Source of the DNA: Ruminococcus sp.
GTDB lineage: Bacteria; Bacillota; Clostridia; Oscillospirales; Acutalibacteraceae
DNA length: 64,000 bases
Direction of reading: 5' to 3'
Assembly: GCA_036309445.1 (NCBI GenBank)
Contig: JAXJTT010000183.1
Span: 1,073 to 65,072 of the forward strand
Shown here: positions 38,362-47,689 of the stretch, in pieces
How positions within the stretch are numbered: position 1 is the stretch's first letter
Layout of the letters: every line of letters starts with the position of its first letter
Notes under the pieces: model-generated
What the model saw: only the letters and a program-made list of their open reading frames with translations
Databases searched by the model: none
Told to the model about the DNA's origin: nothing
Translations under genes and position numbers: made by a program

Positions 38362-39348
38362 ATGGCGGTTTCTTTTATTGATGATGCTCCGCAAATTATA
38401 AAAGAATATTTATTTTATTTGCAGACAGTTAAAGGAAAATCTCAGAAAACTGTTGATGAATATTTTATAGATTTAAGAACTTTTTTCAGATTTATAAAGT
38501 TACATAAAAAGCTTACTGACGAAACTGAATTTGATAAAATTAAGATTGATGATATAGATTTAAGTATTGTTGCTTCTGTTACGCTGAGTGATGCATATGA
38601 ATTTATGAATTATATTCAGCGTGAACGTGGAAACAATAATACAACACGAGCCAGAAAATGTTCCAGCTTAAAAGGATTTTATAGTTATTTAACCGTAAAA
38701 AAACATCTGATTGAAAAAGATCCTTTGAAGGAACTTGAAACTCCCAAAAAGAAAAAATCACTTCCGAAATATCTTACTCTTGAACAAAGTATTGAATTAC
38801 TTAATGCGGTTGAGGGTTCATATAAAGAACGTGATTACGCAATTATTACGCTTTTCTTGAATTGTGGGCTTCGTGTTTCTGAAATGGCTTCTCTTAATTA
38901 TTCTGATATACGAACTGATAATACCTTGCGTGTTGTTGGTAAAGGAAATAAAGAGCGTATAATTTATCTGAATAATTCCTGCATAACAGCTATACAGTCA
39001 TATATGAAAGTACGTCCCGTGGATGGTGTTATTGATAAAAAAGCTCTTTTTATCAGCAGAAATCATCGCAGGATGTCAGTTAAGACAATTCAGGCTATGG
39101 TTTATAAATATCTTGAAAAAATCGGTCTTGATTCACAAGGGTATTCCTGTCATAAACTCAGACATACAGCCGCAACGCTTATGTATCAGCATGGTGGTGT
39201 GGATATCAGAGTTCTTAAAGAAGTTTTAGGTCACGAAAATTTAGGTACTACTGAGATATACACTCACTTAAGTTCTGACCAGATGAGAAAAGCTACTGAA
39301 TCTAATCCGTTATCTAAAGTAAAACCTAAGAAAAAAACAGACGAATAA
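38362..39348 (+). CDS. Tyrosine recombinase (XerC/XerD/phage-integrase family)
   Basis: SAM-like N-domain. Catalytic residues in GLRVSE (R), HKLRHTAAT (H-x-x-R), LGHENLGTTEIYTH (H...Y). Confidence 0.85.
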   Translation: MAVSFIDDAPQIIKEYLFYLQTVKGKSQKTVDEYFIDLRTFFRFIKLHKKLTDETEFDKIKIDDIDLSIVASVTLSDAYEFMNYIQRERGNNNTTRARKCSSLKGFYSYLTVKKHLIEKDPLKELETPKKKKSLPKYLTLEQSIELLNAVEGSYKERDYAIITLFLNCGLRVSEMASLNYSDIRTDNTLRVVGKGNKERIIYLNNSCITAIQSYMKVRPVDGVIDKKALFISRNHRRMSVKTIQAMVYKYLEKIGLDSQGYSCHKLRHTAATLMYQHGGVDIRVLKEVLGHENLGTTEIYTHLSSDQMRKATESNPLSKVKPKKKTDE

Positions 39349-39394
39349 AAATGCGTGTGAATTACCTTATATAGCAGGTGTTCACACGCATTTT
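39348..39394. terminator. Bidirectional terminator
   Basis: AAATGCGTGTGAA / TTCACACGCATTT. Confidence 0.7.
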
Positions 39395-39396
39395 AT

Positions 39397-40095
39397 TTAT
39401 AATTTTATAGCTCCTCCAATATCTTTAAGAGGTCTTCCCTGTAGAATTGAGATAATATTTACGTTATGAATTATACAAAACTTTTGTATAGCTTCGTAAT
39501 CCGGATGTAATGAAATATCACCGAAAAAACATAGATTTTCTGAATCAAGTTTTGTGCAGGCTCCACCTATAAAACCATAGTCATAACCTTCAAGGATTAT
39601 GTCTCCTGTACTTATCAATAAAACATCAATATTATTTTGTTTCAAGGCTTTATATATTGAAATATCGGCTGTTATAGCGGCTTTATCTGATGTTACGGCT
39701 GTTGAACAAGCTGTATAGCCCTGATTTACATTTACTATCTCAATATTATTATTTTTGCAATATTCATATACTTTTTTATCTAACGTTTTTTCTCTGCAAA
39801 AAAGTTTATTGTTCAGATATAATGCGTTAAGTCGTGTGCAAAAAGGATATTTTCCGATAATATCTGTTTCTGTCAGATGTAAATTGTACGGTAGTTCCGA
39901 AATCTTTTCGTACAATGTTTTTGCTTCTTTAAGAATAAAAATATCATTATTGATTTTAAGCATCTGCATATCAATATGTTTTTGCTCAGGTTTGTTAAAA
40001 CAGGAAATTGTATCAGACTCAATTATTGTGTTGCCGTAACTTTTTATAGCTTCCGTTATTTGTGAATATTCATCTGACATTACAAAAATACTCAT
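39397..40095 (-). CDS. Hypothetical protein, possibly DUF6873-type guanidino-modifying-enzyme fold
   Basis: 232 aa. NQGYTACS and GFIGGACTKL motifs. 4-nt overlap with the radA stop. Family name recalled, not verified. Confidence 0.4.
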   Translation of the reverse strand: MSIFVMSDEYSQITEAIKSYGNTIIESDTISCFNKPEQKHIDMQMLKINNDIFILKEAKTLYEKISELPYNLHLTETDIIGKYPFCTRLNALYLNNKLFCREKTLDKKVYEYCKNNNIEIVNVNQGYTACSTAVTSDKAAITADISIYKALKQNNIDVLLISTGDIILEGYDYGFIGGACTKLDSENLCFFGDISLHPDYEAIQKFCIIHNVNIISILQGRPLKDIGGAIKL

Positions 40096-41456
40096 AAACT
40101 TATTGCCTCAAAAGCTTGTCTGATGTTTTTAACTCCGATAAGCTCTGCACCGTCACATTTTACTCCTTTGAGATTATGATAAGGGAGTATGATTTTTGTA
40201 AATCCAAGTCTTACAGCTTCATTAATTCTTTGCTGAGCCTGAGAAACAGCTCTTATCTCCCCTGCTAATCCTATTTCTCCGAAAACAACAGCTTTTTCAT
40301 CAATCGGACTGTCTTTAAGACTGCTTATAAGTACCATAGCAATAGCCAGATCTATTGCAGGTTCGTCAATTCTCAATCCACCTACAATGTTTATATAAGC
40401 GTCATAGTTTGAAAAATAGTATCCTGCTCTTTTTTCAAGAACAGCGAGCAATAATGAAAGTCGGTTGTAATCAAAGCCTGTTGCCATTCTTCTGGGGTTT
40501 CCGTAACCTGTTTGTGTGGCAAGTCCCTGAGTTTCTGCGAGAATCGGTCTTGAGCCTTCAATTGTGCATGTTACGCAAGTACCGGATACATTTTTAGGTC
40601 TGCCCGAAAGTAACATCACAGATGGATTTTCAACTTCTTTAAGACCTTTGTCGGTCATTTCAAAGACTCCGATTTCGTTTGTCGAGCCGTATCTGTTTTT
40701 TACTGCACGCAAAATTCTGCAGCTCATTTGCTTATCACCCTCAAAATGAAGCACCGTATCAACAATATGCTCAAGCACTTTCGGACCTGCAATTGAACCT
40801 TCTTTATTTACGTGACCGACAACGAACATAGGAATATCCATTCCCTTTGCTGTTCTCATCAGAAAATTTGTACATTCTCTGACCTGTGTTACACTTCCCG
40901 GTGATGAGCTTAATTCAGTAAGATTCATTGTTTGAATTGAATCTATCATAACAAGGTCAGGATTTTCTCGTTTTATATGTTCGCAGACAATTTCTACATC
41001 TGTTTCGGTCATAACATATAAGTTTTCAGAATCTACTCCGAGACGGTCTGCTCGCAGTTTGATTTGTCTTTTGGATTCCTCACCTGAAACATAGAGAATC
41101 TTAAGTGAGTTTCCGAGAAACTGGCAAATCTGCAGAAGAACAGTGGATTTACCGATACCAGGGTCACCGCCTAAAAGAATCAGACTGCCTTTTACAATTC
41201 CTCCGCCTAAAACTCTGTTAAGCTCCTTGCAACCTGTATCATAACGATGTTCGTTTTCGGTTGATATTTCGTTTATTGATGCCGGAGCTGCATATGAAGA
41301 TAAAGTGGCTTTTTTTGCCACAGGAGCGACTTTTGATGTGTCTTTTATCTCTTCTTCCATTGTGTTCCATTCGCCGCAGGAAGGGCATTTTCCGTACCAT
41401 TTAGGCGACTCATATCCGCATTGGGAACATATATATACGCTTTTTATTTTAGCCAT
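40092..41456 (-). CDS. radA: DNA repair protein RadA/Sms
   Basis: Zn-ribbon CSQCGYESPKWYGKCPSCGEWNT, Walker A GGDPGIGKST, KNRYG motif, Lon-like C-terminal domain. Confidence 0.97.
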   Translation of the reverse strand: MAKIKSVYICSQCGYESPKWYGKCPSCGEWNTMEEEIKDTSKVAPVAKKATLSSYAAPASINEISTENEHRYDTGCKELNRVLGGGIVKGSLILLGGDPGIGKSTVLLQICQFLGNSLKILYVSGEESKRQIKLRADRLGVDSENLYVMTETDVEIVCEHIKRENPDLVMIDSIQTMNLTELSSSPGSVTQVRECTNFLMRTAKGMDIPMFVVGHVNKEGSIAGPKVLEHIVDTVLHFEGDKQMSCRILRAVKNRYGSTNEIGVFEMTDKGLKEVENPSVMLLSGRPKNVSGTCVTCTIEGSRPILAETQGLATQTGYGNPRRMATGFDYNRLSLLLAVLEKRAGYYFSNYDAYINIVGGLRIDEPAIDLAIAMVLISSLKDSPIDEKAVVFGEIGLAGEIRAVSQAQQRINEAVRLGFTKIILPYHNLKGVKCDGAELIGVKNIRQAFEAISL

Positions 41457-41469
41457 AGATTTTCTTCCT

Positions 41470-42192
41470 TTAATTTTTTGTGTTTTTATAGTTTATATAT
41501 CCGATTGCTATTGAATATGATAGTTCTTTCTGATAGTTTTTATCAATAAGCTTTTGAAGTTCTGCGTGGTTTGAAATAAAACCACATTCTACAATTACAG
41601 CAGGCACAGTGGCGTTTTTCAGAAGATAAATGTTCTTGTCTGCTTTTTTACATTCTCTGGTGTTTTCAGGTTGCAAAATAGCTACAACACTGTTTTTTAT
41701 ATTTTCAGCAAGTAAAGCACTGTCTGCATTATTGGGTGAATAAAAAATCTGAGTACCACTGTATTTGCTTTCAGTAAATTTATTCTGATGAATACTTATT
41801 ACAACATTATTTGTATTTTCGTTAAATATTTCAAGACGCTTTTTCATATCAGCAACTTTACGCTCTCTTATCGTACTGCTTTCAGTATCAAGAGAGGTAT
41901 CTTCTTTACGTGTTTCTTTTACATCAAAACCTAAAATTTTCATTGTATCAGACAGTTTACGTGAAATTTCAAGGTTTATATCTTTTTCCAAAATGCCGTC
42001 GTCACTGACAGCGCCTCCGTCCTCTCCTCCGTGTCCTGAATCTATGATTATGTAATCAGGTTTATAGTTATATGTTACGTTTTGGGAAGAGGTGTAAAGA
42101 GATAGTCTGTAAAATGAAGTTATGGTCAGGAAAATAAAAGAAATCAGAAGTGTAGCACAGATAGTATAAAAAACAATACTCTTAAGCTTCAT
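41470..42192 (-). CDS. cwlD: N-acetylmuramoyl-L-alanine amidase, CwlD-like
   Basis: ATG 42192 after GGAGG. N-terminal TM. IIIDSGHGGEDGGA, ISIHQN, ECGFISN Amidase_3 motifs. Confidence 0.75.
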   Translation of the reverse strand: MKLKSIVFYTICATLLISFIFLTITSFYRLSLYTSSQNVTYNYKPDYIIIDSGHGGEDGGAVSDDGILEKDINLEISRKLSDTMKILGFDVKETRKEDTSLDTESSTIRERKVADMKKRLEIFNENTNNVVISIHQNKFTESKYSGTQIFYSPNNADSALLAENIKNSVVAILQPENTRECKKADKNIYLLKNATVPAVIVECGFISNHAELQKLIDKNYQKELSYSIAIGYINYKNTKN

Positions 42193-42349
42193 ACAAAAGT
42201 CACCTCCTGATAAGATATGCAGAAGATGAGTTGAGTTATTACACATTATATCATAATAAATCATCTTTGAAAAGTGAGTATGTAACAAACTGTTTTTCAG
42301 AGAATATCTTATTAATAATTATATTATTTTAATTTGGACAGGTGAAGTT

Positions 42350-42583
42350 ATGGAAGTTACTACGCTTGATAAGGTTCCGCTTAATTGTGTTGCGGTAATT
42401 CAACATATAGAGTCTGATGAAAATATAAGAAACAGAATTTTTGATATGGGTATAATGGAAAACGAAAAGATAATACCGCTTTTCAGAAGTCCGTTTAAAG
42501 ACCCTGTGGCTTACTTTATTAAAAATACTGTTATTGCTTTGAGAAACGAAGAATCTCAAAATATTTTTGTAGAAATCATCTGA
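42350..42583 (+). CDS. feoA: FeoA family protein
   Basis: 77 aa SH3-like FeoA pattern, immediately upstream of feoB. Confidence 0.8.
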   Translation: MEVTTLDKVPLNCVAVIQHIESDENIRNRIFDMGIMENEKIIPLFRSPFKDPVAYFIKNTVIALRNEESQNIFVEII

Positions 42584-42599
42584 TTGGAGGCATTTGTTA

Positions 42600-44519
42600 T
42601 TGTTGACAAGAAACAGCCTTAAAAATAAAACTGTAAAATGTTGTGACAATATTGATTATGATGTTGTGTTTGCAGGAAATCCGAATGTAGGAAAAAGTAC
42701 ATTGTTCAATGCCATTACGGGACTGAAACAGCACACAGGTAACTGGACAGGTAAGACGGTTGAATATGCCAGAGGTTATACGAAAATAAACGACAAATCT
42801 TTTTCGGTTACTGATTTACCCGGAACATATTCTATGTTGTCGTTTTCTCCCGAAGAAGAAGTTTCTCAGAAAATTCTTACGCAAGATAAAATTGATTGTG
42901 TTGTAATTGTTATTGACTCAAATTTGCTTGAACGGAATCTGTCTTTTGCTTTACAGGTGCTTTCGGTTTGCAATAAGGCTATATTATGCCTTAATTTGTC
43001 GGACGAATTACAAAAAAACGGAGCAAAGATAGATGAAGATGAGCTTTCTTTAAATTTAGGAATACCTGTTATAAGCACTACGGCGACCAGTAAAAAAGAT
43101 ATTTTAAAACTTAAGGAAACAATATACAATGTCTGTACCAATAAAACAAAGTGTTTTAAGGTGAAAAGATTATTTGAAAATTTTGATATTTTTGATAAAA
43201 CCAGATATAAAGAAAATATTGAAGCTTTATCACTGGAAGCAAAAGCAATAAGCGAAAAATGTGTTTATAAAACTAAAACTGACTCTGAAAACTTTACAAG
43301 AAAATTAGACAGAATACTGACTTCAAAACAAACAGGTATTCCCATAATGCTTTTACTGTTATGTTTTCTGTTCTGGATTACAGCCGCAGGAGCAAATTAT
43401 CCGAGTGAAATGTTAAGCTGTGTATTTGGTTATCTAAAAAATATATTTTCGCAAATGCTTGTTTTATTGTCTGTACCTGATGTTGTAAAAAGCTTTCTTA
43501 TTGATGGAATATATACTACTCTGACGTGGGTTGTAGCTGTTATGCTACCCCCTATGGCGATATTTTTCCCTTTGTTTGCTATTATTGAAGATTTCGGGTA
43601 TCTTCCGAGAATTGCTTTTAATCTTGATAAGTTTTTTTCAAAATGCGGAGGACACGGCAAACAGGGACTTACTATGGCTATGGGAATCGGATGTAACGCT
43701 TGCGGAGTAAGTGGTTGCAGAATAATAGAATCAGAGCAGGAACGTCTGATTGCAACTGTAACAAACAGTTTTATGCCTTGTAACGGACGTTTTCCTACCT
43801 TGATTGCTCTTATTACTATATTCTTCTCAGGCAGCGGATATTTGCTTACAGGGTCACTTAAGGTTGCATTGATTTTACTTTTTCTGATTGTTTTTGCAGT
43901 GCTGATGACTTTTGCTGTTTCAAAGCTTCTTTCGGTTACTTTATTGAAGGGTAAGAAAAGTGGTTTTGTACTGGAATTACCACCATACAGGAAACCGAAA
44001 ATTCTTAGAACCATTGTCAGCTCTTTTTTAGACAGAACTTTGTTTGTACTGGGCAGGGCTGTGATTGTTGCAATACCTGCCGGTGCGATTATCTGGCTGA
44101 TGGCAAATATTTATATCGGTGATTATTCTGTGCTTAGATATTGCACCGATTTTCTTGACCCGTTCGGAAAATTTATCGGTCTTGACGGAGTAATATTGGT
44201 GGCATTTTTACTTGGTTTTCCTGCTAATGAAACAGTGATTCCTATAATGCTTATGGCTTATATGTCTTCACAGACGCTTACCGATTTTACAAGCTATGAA
44301 GAATTGGGGACGATTTTAAGTCAAAACGGGTGGACTGTATCAACAGCGATATGCACACTGCTTTTGTGTATGTTTCATTTTCCGTGTTCAACCACCTGTC
44401 TGACTATTAAAAAAGAGACAGGAAGCTTAAAAATAACAGCTTTGTCTATGATAATACCGACATTTATAGGTGTTTTACTATGTCTTATTGTATCCGCAAT
44501 TTCAAAGCTTATTTTATAA
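42600..44519 (+). CDS. feoB: Ferrous iron transporter FeoB
   Basis: G-domain GNPNVGKSTLFN, DLPGTYS, then polytopic gate domains. TTG start 42600 (or 42594) after GGAGG. Confidence 0.9.
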   Translation: MLTRNSLKNKTVKCCDNIDYDVVFAGNPNVGKSTLFNAITGLKQHTGNWTGKTVEYARGYTKINDKSFSVTDLPGTYSMLSFSPEEEVSQKILTQDKIDCVVIVIDSNLLERNLSFALQVLSVCNKAILCLNLSDELQKNGAKIDEDELSLNLGIPVISTTATSKKDILKLKETIYNVCTNKTKCFKVKRLFENFDIFDKTRYKENIEALSLEAKAISEKCVYKTKTDSENFTRKLDRILTSKQTGIPIMLLLLCFLFWITAAGANYPSEMLSCVFGYLKNIFSQMLVLLSVPDVVKSFLIDGIYTTLTWVVAVMLPPMAIFFPLFAIIEDFGYLPRIAFNLDKFFSKCGGHGKQGLTMAMGIGCNACGVSGCRIIESEQERLIATVTNSFMPCNGRFPTLIALITIFFSGSGYLLTGSLKVALILLFLIVFAVLMTFAVSKLLSVTLLKGKKSGFVLELPPYRKPKILRTIVSSFLDRTLFVLGRAVIVAIPAGAIIWLMANIYIGDYSVLRYCTDFLDPFGKFIGLDGVILVAFLLGFPANETVIPIMLMAYMSSQTLTDFTSYEELGTILSQNGWTVSTAICTLLLCMFHFPCSTTCLTIKKETGSLKITALSMIIPTFIGVLLCLIVSAISKLIL

Positions 44520-44523
44520 ACTA

Positions 44524-44565
44524 AAACAAGGTGCAGTCGTTAAAAACTGCACCTTGAAATTTTAA
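44524..44565. terminator. Bidirectional terminator between feoB and scfB
   Basis: CAAGGTGCAGT / ACTGCACCTTG. Confidence 0.7.
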
Positions 44566-44593
44566 AATATTATTTCCTTGGAAATATAAAAGA

Positions 44594-45963
44594 TTATTCA
44601 GCCTGTGCAACCTTCATCATAATTGCACATTCCATTCTCTTTTTGAAAAGCTCACAGCCGTATTCATAGATACCTGAAATAGAGCCTGTAGCGTGATATG
44701 CGTTAGCTGCACAGCCGCCGCTGCAGTAAAGCTTAGCCCAGCAATCCTTACAATCAGGTCTTGCGTAAGCGTTGCAAAGCTTAAATTCGTCCTGAACCTC
44801 AGTGTTTGTAACACCATCGTAAATATTACCGAGGCTGTATTTAGGGTCACCGACAAACTGATGGCAAGGGAAAAGCTCGCCCCAAGGGGTTACAGCCATA
44901 TACTCTGTACCTGAGCCACAGCCTGAAATTCTCTTATAGATGCAAGGACCGCCGGTGAGGTCTATCATATAGTGATAGAAAGTGAGTGGTTTGCCCTCTT
45001 TTCACGTCTGAGCATATCCTTTGCAAGAATTTCATACTGCTCGAAAATTACAGGTAAATCATCATATGTAAGTGCATATGGGTCATCAGGACTGCAAACA
45101 ACAGGTTCCATAGAAAGCTCTGTGAAACCAAGGTCTGCCATATGGAAGATATCTTTTGTGAAATCTACGTTGTTATGGGTGTATGTACCTCTAACATAGT
45201 AGCCACGGTTGCCTCTCTTTTTAACAAACTCCTGAAATTTAGGTACAATAACGTCATAACTGCCTTTGCCGTTTACTGTTTTTCTGAGGTTGTCGTGTAT
45301 TTCTTTTCTGCCGTCAAGGCTGAGTACAACATTGTGACATTCCTTATTTGCAAACTCGATTACATCATCATCAACAAGCATGCCGTTTGTTGTAAGAGTG
45401 AAGCGGAAATTTTTGTTTTTTTCTTTTTCAATGCTTCTTGCATATGCTACAATCTGCTTTACAACGTCAAAGTTCATAAGAGGCTCGCCACCGAAGAAGT
45501 CAACCTCAAGATTTACCCTGCTGCCTGAGTTTTCAATAAGAAAATCAATAGCTCTCTTACCTACTTCAAGGCTCATCAACGCTCTGTCGCCGTGATATTT
45601 GCCTTGACTTGCAAAGCAATATTCGCAGTTGAGGTTGCAGGTATGAGCGATGTGCAGACAAAGTGCTTTGATTACAGTGTTTCTGTTTTTGAAATCAAAT
45701 GCAAGATTTTCGTACTTATCCTCTGTGAAAAGATTGCCGTTTTCCTTAAGCTCTGTAACATCATCATAGCAATCTGAAATTTCTTCTGCAGTTACTTCGC
45801 AGTTATCCTTGTATTTTTCAAGAAGCACATTTGTAATCTGTTCTTTTGTATTGTTCTCGTACATTTCAATAACGTCATAAGCAAGTTCATCAACACAATG
45901 AACACTGCCGCTGAAAACATCGAGAACAATGTTATATCCGTTTAATTTATATTGATGTATCAT
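44594..45963 (-). pseudogene. scfB: SCIFF peptide maturase ScfB (radical SAM/SPASM) interrupted by a frameshift, giving 332-aa and 124-aa ORFs
   Basis: N-terminal ORF has the CNLNCEYC radical-SAM cluster. The C-terminal ORF carries the Cys-rich SPASM region. Reading through with one extra A in the A4 run (plus-strand TTTT 44999-45002) gives ...LRREKEGKPLTFYHYMIDLTGGPC... The two ORFs overlap as ATGA at 44965-44968. Confidence 0.8.
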
Positions 45964-45994
45964 TATATACTCTCCGATTTTATAGACATAAGGA

Positions 45995-46019
45995 AAGCCG
46001 TTACCTTTCGCAACGGCTT
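45995..46019 (-). promoter_or_regulatory. Hairpin between scfA and scfB
   Basis: AAGCCGTT / AACGGCTT, 8-bp stem with 9-nt loop, followed on the minus strand by TCCTTAT. Confidence 0.45.
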
Positions 46020-46036
46020 GATTCCTGTTTGTTTAA

Positions 46037-46189
46037 TTATTTCTCGCTGAGGCACTTCTCGCACTGCTGGTTAGCAACGCCACATGAAGTCTTGCAAGCT
46101 GACTGGCATGATGTCTGGCACTCGCCACAACCGCCGTTCTTTACGCTCTTTTTAAGGTCACGAGTTTCAATTGTTTTAATTCTTTTCAT
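46037..46189 (-). CDS. scfA: Six-cysteine peptide SCIFF precursor (50 aa)
   Basis: My translation of the minus strand: MKRIKTIETRDLKKSVKNGGCGECQTSCQSACKTSCGVANQQCEKCLSEK. SD AAGGAG. Absent from the ORF track (<60 aa). Confidence 0.9.
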   Translation of the reverse strand: MKRIKTIETRDLKKSVKNGGCGECQTSCQSACKTSCGVANQQCEKCLSEK

Positions 46190-46232
46190 TATAAATCATA
46201 CTCCTTGTAAGATTTTAATTTATTTCAACTAA

Positions 46233-46261
46233 ATTTTATCATATCAAAGTGTTTTTGTCAA
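46233..46261 (-). promoter_or_regulatory. Consensus promoter for scfA
   Basis: Minus strand: TTGACA (46261-46256), 17 nt, TAAAAT (46238-46233). The -35 abuts the stop codon of the upstream gene. Confidence 0.6.
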
Positions 46262-47671
46262 TCAAATTTGCTCAACTACCGATATTTTGTCAGGCATTTT
46301 ATCTGTGGTTGAATGAATTTCAACTCCGTTATTAATTAACATCTTGATGTTTTGAATAAATTTATCCGTTATTACCTCCCCCGGTACAATTACAGGTATT
46401 CCGGGAGGGTAAGCCCACACGTATTCAAGAGAAATTTTGTTCTCGGATTTTTCAAAATCAGACATAACCGCTTTCTTTTTAAATCTTTCAAAAGGTATGA
46501 ACTTTTGTTCTGGTATTGAGCTGACGGAAGTGTTTCTGTTGTTTGTGTTTTTATAAATACTTCTGTCAATTTCAGTCAGTGCTGTTTTCAGTCTTTCAAA
46601 TCCTTCTGATAAATCGCAGACTGAAGTCATAAGAAGAACATAATCGCTGTATGACATCTCGGTTTCGATATTATAATTGTTTCTTAGCGTATCAGCAAGC
46701 TGTGTGCCTGTTATATTGGTGCTTTTTGTTGAAATACATATTTTTGATATATCAAAATCAAAGAAGTCGTGTTCTGATTTTAAATCAGAGCCGTAGCACA
46801 GTATTCTGAGATTATTAAGATTTTTGCTGAATTGTGAAAAATCATTCAGTGTGTCTATATATTTTTTAAAGCTTTCTTTATTGTCTTTGCAAAACAAAAG
46901 GCACTTTTCTATGGAAGACATAAGAACATATGAAGGGCTGCTTGTTTCAAATATGGAGAGATTTTCTTTTATTCTGTCGGAATATTTATCTGTAGATGTT
47001 ATAAGTAGTGCTGTCTGAGTAAGTGAAGGTAGTGTTTTATGCAGACTTATTACTGCAACATCAGCACCACATTTTATTGCTTCATCGGGAAAATTATCAG
47101 AAAAAGGAAAATGTGCCCCGTGTGCTTCGTCAACAAGTAAAGGTATATTATTTTTATGTAATGTATCTGAAATGTTTTTTATATCAGATACAACACCCTC
47201 ATATGTAGGAGAAGTAAGAATAAAAAGAGAAATATCAGGGTGCTTTTGGAGAGTGTTTTTAATCTGTTCGTTTGTAATTGCAGAACAGATACCAAAAGAT
47301 TCATCTTTTTTCGGAAGAATATATACGGGCTTTAAGCCGCATAATTCTATTGCGTTATACACTGATTTATGACAGTTGCGAGCTACTGCAATTGTGTCTC
47401 CGAAATTTGTCATCGCACGGATAGCTGATAAAATACCGCCTGTTGTGCCGTTAATAAGCAAAAAAGCGTCGTCTGCTTCATAAATCTGCTTTGCAAGGGT
47501 TTCAACCTCTTTTATGCAGCCTTGCGGATTATGCAGATTATCAAAGCCTTCTATTTCAGTCAAATCTATTGAGTATGGCAACAGATTATCAGAGAAATTA
47601 CGCTTATGTCCGGGCATATGAAAAGGATACACCGAGCTTTCTGAATAACTTTTGAGTTTATCATAAAGCAT
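46262..47671 (-). CDS. PLP-dependent Orn/Lys/Arg decarboxylase family protein
   Basis: 469 aa. FHMPGHK N-terminus. ISLHKTLPSLTQ PLP-lysine motif. Confidence 0.85.
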   Translation of the reverse strand: MLYDKLKSYSESSVYPFHMPGHKRNFSDNLLPYSIDLTEIEGFDNLHNPQGCIKEVETLAKQIYEADDAFLLINGTTGGILSAIRAMTNFGDTIAVARNCHKSVYNAIELCGLKPVYILPKKDESFGICSAITNEQIKNTLQKHPDISLFILTSPTYEGVVSDIKNISDTLHKNNIPLLVDEAHGAHFPFSDNFPDEAIKCGADVAVISLHKTLPSLTQTALLITSTDKYSDRIKENLSIFETSSPSYVLMSSIEKCLLFCKDNKESFKKYIDTLNDFSQFSKNLNNLRILCYGSDLKSEHDFFDFDISKICISTKSTNITGTQLADTLRNNYNIETEMSYSDYVLLMTSVCDLSEGFERLKTALTEIDRSIYKNTNNRNTSVSSIPEQKFIPFERFKKKAVMSDFEKSENKISLEYVWAYPPGIPVIVPGEVITDKFIQNIKMLINNGVEIHSTTDKMPDKISVVEQI

Positions 47672-47689
47672 AGTGTATCCCTCCGATTT

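Noticed and set aside
38362-39348. Tyrosine recombinase as integrase of a large integrated element
   Set aside because: It is flanked on both sides by core genes (gdhA, radA operon). I found no direct repeats or tRNA target by eye, so at most a 1.8-kb islet is involved (see findings).
42193-42349. Fur box upstream of feoA
   Set aside because: The region is AT-rich (ATTAATAATTATATTATT), but I could not align it convincingly to the 7-1-7 TGATAAT-N-ATTATCA consensus.
43430-44014. 194-aa minus-strand ORF inside feoB. The same judgement applies to 49697-50272 in hemW, 62741-63340 over queA/tgt, 3122-3532 in the DnaD gene, 31505-31948 in DUF1846 and 21476-23044 in hppA.
   Set aside because: These are long antisense frames within confidently identified genes. 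Their products are low-complexity and Ser/Leu/Ile-rich, with no SD. They are typical shadow ORFs in AT-rich DNA.
46029-46232. 67-aa plus-strand track ORF
   Set aside because: It is antisense to the SCIFF precursor gene, which has an SD, a promoter and a family-typical sequence. The plus-strand ORF has no SD and an odd composition.
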